NCBI GenBank assembly: GCA_964016885.1 | Contig: OZ024743.1 | Location: 193,068,001-193,132,000 of the forward strand | Direction: 5' to 3' | DNA length: 64,000 nt | DNA from: Eledone cirrhosa | Lineage: Eukaryota | Shown: positions 24,601 to 35,539 of the stretch, one piece after another | Layout: each line of letters begins with the position of its first letter | How positions within the stretch are numbered: position 1 is the stretch's first letter | Made by a program: the position numbers and the translations under genes | Notes under the pieces: model-generated | Databases searched by the model: none | What the model saw: the letters and a program-made list of their open reading frames with translations, nothing else | What the model was told of the DNA's origin: nothing

Positions 24601-27600
24601 GGCTGGGTGCTTTTTTTATTGTGATAGCAACACAATTATACAGTGTAAGGGTAGTGTGGACATAAGTTGTGGCATGGGAGGTGTATGAAAGAGGGTATAG
24701 TGGTTAAGAGATGCCTACCAGATGTATGTTTGAGTCTGTGCACATTGGAAAGTGTGTCTTGCGTATTACTGCATAATGCCAAAGATCTCGTTCCTGTGTC
24801 ATTGTTTTTGCATTTCATCTTAACCATCAATCATTTACCCCACAAAAATGAACTGTGGTTCCAATTTACATGTATTATTGATGAATTATGCAGCTCCTGT
24901 CACATTGAAGGAAACAACAGACATGCTGGTTACTTATTTTATCTATTCAATTGATTTTGTGGCTTTCTTTATAAATAAGAAATCACCATTATTCTTATTT
25001 CTGTGTCATCTTCTTAACTCTTCTCTCAGTCTTGCTTCATCTCTCACTGTATAATTGCTAATCATTATTCTAATATATTTCTCTAGGTCCCATTAGGAGC
25101 TGGCATTGGTTTTGCCCTAAAGTACCAGAAGAAACCTAATGTTGCAGTTGCTCTGTATGGAGATGGTGCTGCTAATCAAGGTCAACTTTTTGAGGCTTAC
25201 AACTTGGCTAAATTGTGGAATGTACCAATCATTTTCGTGTGTGAGAACAATGGCTATGGAATGGGTACTAGTGTAGACCGAGCATCTGCTTCAACTGACT
25301 ACTACACTCGAGGAGATTATATTCCTGGCATTTGGGTGAGTGACATTTGTTAACATCTCATACGTGTAATATATGCAGAGGAAATATAATAGTTAAACAT
25401 AAATAGACGAACCTGGAAACAGAGGCCAACCTGGAGAAGAAAGATCTGGAAGCTGAAAGACCCCTCAGCCAGTAACAGATTTAAAGATATTTTATCAACG
25501 CCTATGACAGTAAAGAAGAACAGATAGAGACATTCAATGTAGAAGAGCACTGGGAGTTCCTAAAAAATAACTTACTAGAGGCGACGGATGAGATCTGTGG
25601 CTGGAGTAAGACCACAAGCAGGAAGAGAGTGACTTGGTGGTGCAACAATAAGGTAGATGAGGCAGTTAAGGCCAAGAGACAGGCATGGAAAGAATGGAAG
25701 AATGGGGGAAGCAGGGTACATTACATAGAGACCAAGAGGGAAGCAGAGGATAGAAAATTCAAGCATGTTTTGCAACGTGAGGACCAGAAACAGGAGGTGT
25801 TCAAGATTGCGAGGCAGTGTGTCAGAGAGAATTGTGATGTCATTGGAGAGAAGTGTATCCGGAATGATAAAGGTGAGCTTGCCCTCACAAGTGCTGAGAT
25901 GGAAGAGCCATTATGATAGATTACTAAATGAGGAGAATGCATGGGAAGAAGAGACCCTACCTCAAGTAGACCCTATAGAGGGGCCAGCAGTACAAGTCAG
26001 CAGCAGCGTAGTAAGTAAGGCAATCAAAGATATGAAGATGGGGAAGGCAACCGGTCCATCGGGTATAGCTGCCGAGATACTGAAGGCATCTGGGTCTGTA
26101 GGTCACACTATAACCACACGTATTGTTAACCAGGTAATACTAGAAGGTGTCATACCAAAAGATTGGTGCAGTAGCATCATTGTCAACTGCTACAAAAGTA
26201 AAGGTGATGCACTAGATAGAGGAAACTATAGAGCTATAAAGCTGATGGACCAGGTCATGAAAGTAACAGAAAGAATTATAGCACAGTTGATTAGCGACTG
26301 GGTGAAACTAGATGAGATGCAATTTGGGTTTGTACCAGGAAGAGGCACCACTGATGCCCTCTTCCTTGTGAGGCAGTTACAGGAAAAGTACCTAGCTAAA
26401 AGTAAGCCACTCTACCTGGCATTCGTCGATCTCGAGAAAGCCTTTGACAGAGTTCCACGTGCTATAATCTGGTGGGCTCTTAGAAAACTAGGAGTAGATG
26501 AATGGCTTGTGAAACCTGTGCAAGCCATGTATAGGGGAGCAGTCAGCAAAGTTAGGATTAGCAATGAGTATAGCGAGGAATTTAGCGTACAGGTTGGTGT
26601 CCACCAGGGCTCTGTTCTTAGCCCTCTCCCGTTCATCATAGTCCTGCAGGCAATAACGGAGGAGTTTAAGACCGGATGCCCATGGGAACTCCTGTATGCA
26701 GATGACCTCGCACTTATAGCTGAATCTATGGTAGAACTAGAGAAGAAATTCCAAACTTGGAAGCAGGGACTAGAAAGAAAGGGTCTCAAAGTCAACATGA
26801 CAAAAACTAAGGTCCTTGTAAGTAGACGAGAAAACAGAACCCAGATCCCCTTAGGGAAATGGCCTTGCTCAGTATGTAGGAAAAGTGTAGGTAGGAACTC
26901 CATTCTCTGCCCCAAATGCAAACAATGGGTACACAAGAGATGTAGCGGGATCTCAGGAAGCTTAATTAAGAATGTAGGCTTCACATGTAGCAGCTGTGCT
27001 GGGACAGCAAGCAGCAAACAGCCACAGGAAACAAGTACCACTAATCTCTGGGAGGGCTCTGTAGAAACAGTAGACAGCTTCTGCTACCTAGGTGACCGAA
27101 TTAGCAGCAGAGGTGGGTGTTCAGAAAGTACAATAACTAGGGTAAGAACGGGATGGAAGAAGTTCAGGGAACTACTGCCACTGCTAGCTGCAAAAGGCTT
27201 CTCCCTCAAAATGAAAGGCAGACTGTATGATGCGTGTATCCGAACAGCAATGTGACATGGTAGTGAGACCTGGGCGCTGAAGGTGGAAGACTTACATAGA
27301 TTAGAAAGAAACGAAGCCTGCATGCTCCGATGGATGTGTAATAGTAATATATGCGAAAGGCAAATCATAAATGAATTGAGAGAGAGACTGAGCATAAGAG
27401 GAATCAAATGCTGTGTGCAGGAGAGGCGTTTTCGTTGGTATGGACATGTGATGCGTATGAAGGATGACAGCTGCATAAAAAGGTGCAGAGCAATAGAAGT
27501 CAATCGAAACCGCGGAGTGGGGAGACCCAAGAAGACCTGGGATGAGGTGATAAAAGCCGACCTTACCCAATTACACCTCTCAAAGGCGATGACACACGAC

Positions 27601-30600
27601 TGTGACCTCTGGCGTCACGCAGTAATATAGAGTACCCGACCTCCCATGGGTACAAGCTGAAGCATATAGACAATATGCCCCCACACCCTCCCACTGCAAA
27701 GTGGTCGTGGAGGTGCCACGGCAAAAATGCACCCAGCACACACTGTAAATGAGGTTGGTGTTAGGAAGAGCATAGCGGTAGAAACCAAGCCAAAATCAGT
27801 TCCTGTATGAGCAATGGTCAGCCGACCAGACACTGCCAACAACAGGACAACCCGTCTAACCCATGCTAGCATGGAAGAACGGATGTAAAACGGTGATGAT
27901 GATGATGATGAAACATGTTATTGCTGGTAATGTGACAAGCAAATCCAATGATCCAGTCTTCAGTGATATGATGGTACTAAATAATATTCTCTACATATCT
28001 GTTTTCTATATATATATTTGTACAGTTCTTTATGAACAAGACACAGTCACCTGACCTGATTTGCCTCAAATGGGACAACCCGTCTAACCCATGGAAAATA
28101 GACATTAACCCTTTAGCATTTAAATATATATGTATCATCATCATCATTGTTTTTTTATGGGTTGGATGGGATATTTTGAGGCAATGTTGTACAGCTAGAT
28201 GTCTTTTCTGACTCTAACCCTTTTAATTGCTTCTTACAACATGTAGGGATATGGAGTATTTATTCTAAACCAGATACATACATGTATACACATATAAATT
28301 ATAGAAGGATCAGAACAACCTATTCTCGACAATGTTAGTCGTCAAAAATCAAATACATTAATTTCATCAAGTCCACAATTGAAGCAAAGTACAAGAATTG
28401 TGACAGGATGTAGAAAGCCAAAACGTTTCGAGGAGGAATAATTTAATAGTTGCTGATTGGTGTCTTGGTGTCATCATCTGCTAGTCGTAGTCGTTATTCT
28501 TCGTATGAAGTGAACTCTCAGGGGTACATCTTGTGCACTCACGAGGAGATCACAAGGTGAGAAAGAAGGATGCAGCAGCCATCTAAGAAGGGTGTCAACG
28601 GTCAGCAGAGCAAAAGAGTACAAGGAATGAGCTGTGTAATTTACCGTTAATAAAAGTTTTTATTAAAACCCTCTATTACGTGTCATACATAACATAAATT
28701 AAACCGCAATGATTTCATTTGTTACAGGTTGATGGTATGGATGTATTAGCTGTTAGAGAAGCCACAAGGTTTGCCCGGCGCTATGCTCTTAAGCAAGGTC
28801 CTATCCTCTTAGAGTGTGTTACTTATCGTTACCATGGCCACAGTATGAGTGACCCTGGTACAAGGTAAGATTTATTATTTTTTCAGTTTTTGTTTTGATT
28901 TTCTTCTTTTTTTGTCTTTACTTTGTTGGGAAATTTGGAAACCATTAGTATAAAATGGGACTTATTTGTGGTGAAACGTGAGTATGTGGAGAGGAGATGT
29001 ACTTGATGTGTATTCAGAAATAAAAAAAAATGACAGCAAAGAAGGAATATGAGGGGTACCTGAAGAGGGAAGTAATAATGGAACATGTTGTTATGGGTAG
29101 AGATGGAAAGGTGGAGAGATGCTATTAGTAAAGAGAGGGAGAGAAAGACTACCAAGAAATAGAACAATGGATATCTTCCAGTTGTTTGATCAACTGTACT
29201 ACTTATGCATTGAATTAGTGTAAGTGGTTGAGTATTCCATAGCCATATGTAGTTATCTTCTTAATGTAATCTTTATGCAGAATAGCTTGTGACTTGGGTG
29301 GCTCATTGAATTACAAGTACAGCTTATTGAAAGGACTTCTGTACAATTTCTGTCCACTCAATTGCACTCACAAGGTTCAGTTTGAAGGATCTGATAGAGG
29401 ACACTTACCTAAAGTGTCATGTAGTGGGATTGAACCTGGAATCATGATTGAGAAGCAAACTTTTTAATCACTTGCTCTATCATTATCATTTAATGCCTGC
29501 TCTCCCTGCTAGCCAGGGTTGGATGAATCCTCACAGACCAAGTTGGTACTAATCTGGGTCTATTGACCATGCAGACAGACCGGGAGCTTTCATCTTGCTT
29601 ACATATGGTTCCATGCTCTGAGCGCATTTTATCATCACACCAGTATTAGGGAGGTTGTCATGTTTTTTACACAACTAAAGGGGCCTCCCAACCCTTTGTT
29701 TGGCAAGCTTTCTGTGGTTGGATGCCCTTCCTATCACCAACTATTTTACAGAGTATACTGGGTACGTTTATCATATAGATCAGCAACACTAGAGAGATTG
29801 TCATGTCCGTGAAACGAGCTAACTTGAAAGCGCACATTACAAATCAAGTAACTAATATATACCAGAAGAATACAGTTATTTTGTTTGTCATGGTTGTTTT
29901 ATCAAATCCAAAAGAACGGGAGCCAAAATGTCTCTCCTGGATGGGTTTGAACTCTAAACATAACAAAGTATAACTAAATACTGCAATATTATTACACTAT
30001 TATTCCAATTCAAAACCTTCTCTCACCTGTTGGAAGAACCTCTCTCTGGTTTACTTCCACTGCTTTCTGTTTGGTTTTGGTCATGTCAGGGGTGTGGCCA
30101 TACTCACCACGCTTGGCCAATTGTGGGTTGGTGAAGCTATTTAACTCAAATAATAATAATTACAAAATTACAAAAATATTGTTTATTTTGCCACATTAAT
30201 TTTATTTAATTAATGTGAATAGAAAAGAGTAAACAAGAAAGCCCTGAGGTTGTAGTAACTGATCCGAAATTTCTGAAACTCACAGAGGAGATAACGAAAG
30301 ACTGCAATGAGTGTTGGGATGCTGTGCTTGCAAGGACCCATTGAACCCATGCAAGCATGGAAAGGCAGACATAAAGCGCTGATACTGATGACATATGCGG
30401 CTGATTTATTATTATTTACTAAAAAAAAGTAGAACCAATTATTATTGAGTGGCAATAATAATAATAATAATAAATTATTATTATTATCCAGGGCGGTGGA
30501 TTGGCAGTATTGGTAGAGTGTCGAACACCATGCTTTGCAGCATAGAGTTACGGCCCTTTACGGCCTGAGTCTAAATCCTGCCGAGGTTAACTTTGCTTTT

Positions 30601-33600
30601 CATCCGTATGGGGTCGATAAAATAAAGAATCAGTAATACACTGGGATAATTGCTGGCCTTGTGCCAAAAGTAGAAACAATTATTATCCAGGGCGGTGAAT
30701 TGGCAGTATGAGCATCAGACACCATGCTTTGCAGCACAGTGTTATGGCCCTCTACGTTCTGAGTTGAAATCCTGCCGATGTTAACTTTGCCTTTCATCCT
30801 TACGGGATCGATAAAATAAAGTACCAGTAATGCACTGGTGTAATTGCTGGCCTTGTGCCAAAAGTAGAAACAACTATTATTGAGTGGCAATGGATTAGTA
30901 CAATCATTAGAGCACCAGACAAAAAAACCTTGTAGTATTTAGTTACAGCTCTTTACATTCTGAGTTCAAATGCTGCTGTGGTCAACTTTATCTTTCATCC
31001 TTCCATGGTTGATAAAATAAAGTACCAATTGATGTAATTTACTTTTACCCTTTCCCTAAAATTGCTGGCCTTGTGCCTAAATTAGAAACCATTACTATGT
31101 TAAAACAAATATTCATGTTGAAATGAACTGTCATTTTCCTCACTCACCATTACTATTTTCTGTACATCATAGCTACCGTACAAGAGAAGAGATTCAGGAA
31201 GTAAGAGAAAAGAGGGACCCAATTTCAGCACTGAAAGAGCGCATGTTATCTAACAACCTGGCTGCTGCTGATGAACTTAAGGTAAGTTAGAAATAACTAA
31301 TTTGTTACACAGGTCATAAGGGGATGCTAGTCTCTTGGTGTTCCGAAAAATATGTTCATAGCTATTCTATCTTAGTTCAGGCAACTGAGATATAATATTT
31401 TTAAGTAACTATTACACTATGTATATGCACAATAGCTGTAGAGTTACAGTGTTGGTCTCCTAGTCAAATTTTACTACTACTACTATGCTTTGCCTTTTGA
31501 TTGCAAATGGTGAGTTAGAATATCACATTAATTATACCCCTTTAAAACATGGGCAGTGACTGCAGAGGCTGGAGATAAAATGAAGCAAGCATGCTTTGAT
31601 GGATATACAGTGTTAATGTGAGAGAACAGCTGAGGTTGGATGAACTGAAAGAAAAACTGGGTTTAAAAGGAATTAGAAGTAGTATGCAAGAGAGAAGACA
31701 GTGTTGGTATGGACATGTGATGCGCATGAGTGAAGAAGTTCCAAGGAAGCTGCAGTAGAAGACCAAGTAAGACCTGGGCAGAGTTGGTGAGAGCTAATCT
31801 CAAATTGTTGAAATTCACAGAGGAGATGACAAGTGGAGAAATGCTGTGCTGAAAAGTACCCGTCCAACCCATGCAAGCATGGAAAAGCGAATGATGACTA
31901 AGCAATTTAATTTAACATCTTGTATTTTCAATTCAAAAATATATATGTAGTTAGAATTAATATTGGCAAGGGTCGTTCCGAAGGAGTGGCGTAGCAGCAT
32001 CATCATTAACTGCTACAAGGGTAAAGGAGATGCCCTAGATAGATGAAACTATAGAGGCATTAAATTAATTGACCAGGTCATGAAAGTCACAGAAAAAGTA
32101 ATAGCGCAACTAATCAGAGCGAATTGATCTGGATGAAATGCAGTTCGGGTTTGTGTCAGGTAAAAGTACCACAGACGCTCTTTTCATTGTACGACAGCTA
32201 CAGGAGAAGTACCTAGCTAAAAGTAAACCCCTATACTTAGCTTTTGTTGACTTGGAGAAAGCCTTTGACAGAGTCCCACGCCCCATTATCTGGTGGGCTC
32301 TCAGAAAACTAGGTGTTGATGAATGGCTTGTGAGAGCTATACAAGCCATGTATAAAGAAACAGTCAGCAAGATTAGAATTAACAACGAATATAGTGAAGA
32401 ATTTAGCGTAAAAGTTGGTGTTCATCAAAGTTCTGTCCTTAGCCTCCTCCTATTTATTATTGCCCTTCAGGCTATAACAGAGGAGTTCAAGACCGGCTGC
32501 CCATGGGAACTCCTATACGCAGATGATCTAACGCTCATAGCTGAATCAATGGCTGAACTAGAGAAGAAATTCCAAACATGGAAGCATGGCCTAGAATCAA
32601 AAGACCTTAAAAATTAACCTGTCTAAGACTAAAGTTCTAGTTTGTAGGAAGGAAAATAGGGCACTGGTCCCATCTGGGAAATGGCCATGCTCAGTGTGTA
32701 GGAAAGGAGTAGGCAGAAACTCCATTTTATGTCCCAAATGCAAAGTATGGGTGCATAAAAGATGTAGTGGGATCACAGGTAAGCTAACTAAGAATATAGA
32801 TTTTATATGTGGCCGGTGCTCAGGTGCAATAAGTAGCAGCATGTGCCCACTGAATACTAGCTCATTCCATTGCACAGATGGTTCTATAGAAATAGTGGAC
32901 ACCTTCCGTTACCTGGGTGACAAAATCAGCAGTGGTGGAGGGTGCTCTGAAAGTACTGTAGCTAGAGTCAGAACGGGATGGAAAAAGTTCAGAGAGCTTA
33001 TACCACTATTGGCCGCTAAAGGTTTCTCTCTAAAAATGAAAGGCAGGCTATATGATGCCTGCATACGAACAGCAATGTTACATGGCAGTGAGACCTGGGC
33101 ATTGTGTGCAGAGGATATACGCAGACTGGAGAGGAACGAAGCTTGCATGCTCCGTTGGATGTGTAATAGTAATATACGTGAACGGCAAAGCATAAACGAA
33201 CTAAGGGAGAAATTAGGAATAAGAGGGATCAGATGTTGTTTACTCGAGAGAAGACTACGTTGGTATGGCCACGTGATGCGCATGAAAGACGACAGCTGTA
33301 TAAAAAAGTGCAGGGTGATAAAAATAGATGGTAGCCACGGAGTAGGCAGACCCAGAAAAACCTGGGACGACTTGATAAATTCCGACCTCACACACTTACA
33401 CCTCTCCAAGACAATGTCACTGGACCGAGATCTTTGGCGCTACACAGTAATACAGAAGACCCGCCTTGCCTAAGTACAAAGCGAAACCTACAGTCAGTAG
33501 GCACCTCTTAACAAAAATACACCCCCGTCCCACTACCCCCACCCCATCCACACCACCCCTTTCGTAAAGTTATGTTGGTACCACAACATCCAGTCCGAAA

Positions 33601-34385
33601 TAAATGAGGTCGTGTAGGTGTCACGACAAAAAAAAAAAGTCCACGCTGTAATGTGGCCGTGTAGGTAACACGGTAAAAACCTCCCAGTCCACACTGTAAA
33701 CGTGGTTGGTGTTAGGAAGGGCATCCAGCCATAGTAAACCCGCCAGACAGTCCTATACGAGCAAGACAACCAATCTTGCCTCAAGTGGGAAAATTCCCGT
33801 CCAAACCCATGCAAGCGTGGAAGATGGACGTTAAACGATGATGATGATGATGATGAACTGGATAAAAATAAAATGTGGGACACGAGACTCCTTAAAGTTA
33901 GAAATCTATTAACATTGAAGATATCAGTTTTTTAAATAGCTGTTTATTGCTTAATAAAATCAGTACAAGCAACTTTGTTGATTATTTTAGGATATAATGT
34001 ATTTTTGTTATAAAAACAACCTTATCTATTTATGTAAATACTGAAGTTAACTGATTGTGCTATATGGAGGTGCTAGATGAAAGAACTTATGGAGTTGGCC
34101 CAGTCTTGACTAATATAACATAAAATATTTAATGTAGCTTATTTGTAAAATTTACATATTTCTTATGTAGTAGAATATCTTATAAGGATACATTAATCTT
34201 TCCTGCCTTTTTTCTTTCAGAAAATTGACCTTGGGGTACGAAAAGAAGTTGATGTTGCCGTAACTGCAGCTAAATCTGACCCAGAGCTGCCTATAGATGA
34301 ACTATATACACATGTCTACAAGAACCCACCCAGTGGAATGAAAATACGTGGCTGTGATAGTTTTTCATACCATCCAACAATGTAG
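6608..34385 (+). CDS. PDHA1: Pyruvate dehydrogenase E1 alpha subunit, complete 9-exon gene: join(6608..6646,13341..13412,16261..16434,18206..18332,20961..21052,25087..25335,28728..28864,31173..31281,34221..34385), 1164 nt, 387 aa
   Basis: All introns are GT-AG with compatible phases and an open joined frame. Motifs: [30 protein letters not shown]...CENN (TPP-binding GDG..NN), [17 protein letters not shown] (phosphorylation loop). Confidence 0.96.
7985..8098 (+). mobile_element. SINE, 3' part (MetaSINE-like core gcctttcatcct..ggggtcgataaaataaagtacc)
   Basis: Near-identical to 16091-16187 and to the fuller copies at 30489-30880. Confidence 0.8.
10133..10494 (+). mobile_element. RTE LINE 3' end (last codons, 3'UTR, GAT tail)
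   Basis: Near-identical to 27590-27910 and 19943-20308. Confidence 0.88.
11110..11404 (+). mobile_element. Second HERO-like fragment, opposite orientation
   Basis: QGPWMKW...[21 protein letters not shown] is homologous to the - strand fragment next to it. Confidence 0.6.
11405..12330 (-). mobile_element. Decayed HERO/NeSL-like RLE retrotransposon fragment (thumb to zinc knuckle)
   Basis: [34 protein letters not shown] and [20 protein letters not shown] across frameshifts. Confidence 0.72.
12346..12553 (-). mobile_element. Dispersed ~200 bp repeat carrying a hammerhead motif (solo Penelope pLTR or retrozyme-like), copy 1
   Basis: Aligns with 52340-52512 over most of its length; contains a hammerhead core. 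Confidence 0.75.
12418..12453 (-). ncRNA. Minimal type I hammerhead ribozyme
   Basis: - strand UUUU-CUGAUGA-A-GGAC(UAGC)GUCC-GAAACGUU-AAGA: intact core, 4-bp stem II, palindromic mini stem III (AACGUU), stem I AAGA/UUUU. Confidence 0.8.
12977..13184 (+). mobile_element. piggyBac-type MITE family A, copy 1
   Basis: TIR ccctttagcattta...taaatgctaaaggg (left TIR slightly degenerate), TTAA-type flanks; five copies in the window. Confidence 0.85.
13341..13412 (+). CDS. PDHA1: PDHA1 exon 2 ([24 protein letters not shown])
   Basis: Acceptor ttctttttag|, donor CAG|gttagt; ADQATFDL resembles the start of the mature E1a chain. Confidence 0.88.
13935..14640 (+). repeat. Minisatellite of ~43-44 bp units (cacccagcccacactgtaaagtgg...) x ~12, continuing into an RTE 3' tail
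   Basis: The unit matches the one- or two-copy motif in the RTE 3'UTRs; followed by ggttggcattaggag..atccagctgtagaaa and the tail. Confidence 0.85.
15697..15831. repeat. Foldback/MITE-like element with ~30 bp inverted repeats
   Basis: attgttatatttggggaaggtt..gtcct ... aggac..aacctccccaaatataacaat. Confidence 0.75.
16091..16187 (+). mobile_element. SINE 3' part, with attaattaa on both sides (possible TSD)
   Basis: Near-identical to 8001-8096. Confidence 0.8.
16261..16434 (+). CDS. PDHA1: PDHA1 exon 3 ([11 protein letters not shown]...[11 protein letters not shown])
   Basis: Acceptor tttacag|, donor |gtaatc; 174 nt. Confidence 0.96.
16900..17400 (+). mobile_element. Decayed RTE fragment containing a 72 bp tandem duplication (16998-17141)
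   Basis: Remnants of KKFRELL, RLYDAC and EKLGIRGI-type motifs; exact 72 bp repeat. Confidence 0.7.
17455..17880 (-). mobile_element. RTE-1/BovB-like LINE 3' fragment
   Basis: AEAQRKR-type basic C-terminus and terminal atggtcatcctcgac..aaggatg stem-loop. Confidence 0.55.
17900..18145 (+). mobile_element. RTE 3'UTR/tail copy
   Basis: ggttggtattaggaagggcatccagctgtagaaa...ccatgctagcgtggaa..ggacgttaaa(tga)n. Confidence 0.82.
18206..18332 (+). CDS. PDHA1: PDHA1 exon 4 (EACCVGME...ITAYRAHG...LAELTG)
   Basis: Acceptor taaag|, donor ACAG|gtttga; 127 nt. Confidence 0.95.
18951..19169 (-). mobile_element. piggyBac-type MITE family A, copy 2 (inverted relative to copy 1)
   Basis: TTAA on both sides; reverse complement of 12977-13184. 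Confidence 0.87.
19943..20308 (+). mobile_element. RTE LINE 3' end
   Basis: Near-identical to the end of 25401-27910. Confidence 0.88.
20505..20885. repeat. Degenerate ~22-30 bp minisatellite (cacattttataactcaagtgta)
   Basis: Recurrent gtacacatttt and aactca motifs just upstream of PDHA1 exon 5. Confidence 0.7.
20961..21052 (+). CDS. PDHA1: PDHA1 exon 5 ([30 protein letters not shown])
   Basis: Acceptor tgcag|, donor |gtaaat; 92 nt. Confidence 0.96.
21430..21612 (-). mobile_element. SINE copy, reverse orientation
   Basis: Reverse complement of the 30489-30680 family. Confidence 0.8.
21855..22475. repeat. Minisatellite, ~52-57 bp unit x ~11
   Basis: gtcagtgttaaagtcaactacccagaagtcatgactatgtagtcaacagtactag repeated, with two alternating variants. 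Confidence 0.92.
22520..22935 (-). repeat. RTE tail with expanded 3'UTR minisatellite, reverse orientation
   Basis: gctggatgcccttcctaacgccaacc followed by repeated ctttacagggtggactgggtg. Confidence 0.75.
24108..24620 (-). repeat. RTE tail with expanded 3'UTR minisatellite, reverse orientation
   Basis: (cat)n, tail motifs, then ~8 units of cagtgtgggctgggtgcttt. Confidence 0.8.
25087..25335 (+). CDS. PDHA1: PDHA1 exon 6 (VPLGAGIG...[10 protein letters not shown]...[11 protein letters not shown]...YIPGIW)
   Basis: Acceptor ctctag|, donor |gtgagt; 249 nt; contains the TPP-binding motif. Confidence 0.97.
25401..27910 (+). mobile_element. 5'-truncated RTE-clade LINE in PDHA1 intron 6, sense; RT nearly intact
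   Basis: [77 protein letters not shown]. One frameshift (~25890) and nonsense codons at 27253 and 27628; (GAT)n tail; candidate TSD AAACAT at 25395-25400 and 27911-27916. Confidence 0.93.
28728..28864 (+). CDS. PDHA1: PDHA1 exon 7 ([12 protein letters not shown]...[13 protein letters not shown])
   Basis: Acceptor ttacag|, donor |gtaaga; 137 nt. Confidence 0.96.
30489..31092 (+). mobile_element. Three head-to-tail tRNA-type SINE copies (30489-30683, 30688-30880, ~30885-31092)
   Basis: Head ggcggtg..ttggcag (A-box-like), gagttcaaatcc (B-box-like), core gcctttcatcct..gtcgataaaataaagtacc, tail gctggccttgtgcc..tagaaacaatt. Confidence 0.85.
31173..31281 (+). CDS. PDHA1: PDHA1 exon 8 ([17 protein letters not shown]...DELK)
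   Basis: Acceptor catag|, donor |gtaagt; 109 nt. Confidence 0.96.
31555..31899 (+). mobile_element. Older RTE 3' fragment
   Basis: [14 protein letters not shown] and RPSKTWAE remnants, plus tail. Confidence 0.72.
31965..33855 (+). mobile_element. 5'-truncated RTE LINE (second subfamily) in PDHA1 intron 8, sense
   Basis: ORFs 32138-32617 and 32694-33473 are homologous to the 25765 ORF; different 3'UTR; (GAT)n tail. Confidence 0.92.
34221..34385 (+). CDS. PDHA1: PDHA1 exon 9, terminal ([11 protein letters not shown]...[13 protein letters not shown])
   Basis: Acceptor tttcag|; TAG at 34383-34385. Confidence 0.94.
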   Translation, partial: KIDLGVRKEVDVAVTAAKSDPELPIDELYTHVYKNPPSGMKIRGCDSFSYHPTM

Positions 34386-35539
34386 AAAATTAAAAACTTT
34401 GTTTTCCTCCTCCGTTGAGAATAAGGAATGTTGCCCTTAAAACATTAAAAACACCCGGACTTAAATCATCTTCAGTTGGCCTTCTCTAAGATAAAAAGGT
34501 GAACTACATGATTGTTAATTTTGAGATTAAATAGAATTTCCTTGAAGTATATCTATAATTGTCTTTTTTCATCTATCCAATCTTTTTCGTTTGACTTTTC
34601 TTTGCTATAATTTAAAAAAGAACATATCGTATTCTATCTAATCTATGCAAGTATGGAATAATGAACACTAGTTAGAACTGTTTTGTACAGTTTAATACCA
34701 TTAAGAATGAAATAGAACTGGTTTTATGTTTGTCATGCAAACCGGAGGCAAAAACATATTAAATTAGTTTTTGCAAATATTGACATTTGTGCACTTGAGC
34801 AAGTACTTTTTTTTATTTACTTTTATCAGGCAGAAAGGACAGTCTCATGACCTTTTTCAGGGTATCTGAGACTGGCTGGAGGGAGGAAAGCTATTCCCAA
34901 ATCTGAAATCTGACCCAGATACTTGCAACAGAATGGACCCTACTAAAGGTACCCTAGAGCCCAGTGGTATTAAACCTGATGATGCATTAATGGTAGCTAC
35001 ATCATCATCATCATCATTTTACGTCCGCTTTTCCCTGCTTGCAAGGGTGGGACGGGTCTTATTGTTTTCTAATTCTACAGCTAACCACTAATTTATAGAA
35101 AAGTAAAAGTTAGCAAAAGGATGAGCTCTGCTAACCTAATTTACCTTAGAAACACTACTTAAAGCTCAAGTGGTGTCATTTAATATTTTCTTCCCTGACA
35201 GCCAGTGGCGTAACTAGCTTTTAAAGCCAGGGGGGAAAATCCGATCTAAAGGGGGCCCACCAATTCCATACGCTCATTTCCATCAGCTGCAAGAAAATAT
35301 GTTCATACGGGCGTCTAGAATAGATAATTTATAATAGAGTAGAATACATCATAGATTACAGAGTTAGCATGTTCCGTGAAAACTTTATTAACTGCAAAGA
35401 CGGTGGTCTATCTTCAGAAAAAAAAAAACAATATCCAGTAAAACTAGTCTTGCAATCGATTATTCACAAACAAAAATTTGTATGTGCAACAAATCGTTCA
35501 TCTAAAACTTTACTTTCACATTCGAGCACATCACTTGTT

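Noticed and set aside
30489-30600. tRNA gene
   Set aside because: Only degenerate A/B-box-like SINE heads; no cloverleaf.
26412-33409. Long - strand ORFs at 26412-27041, 27084-27530 and 32909-33409
   Set aside because: Antisense shadows of the RTE coding strands.
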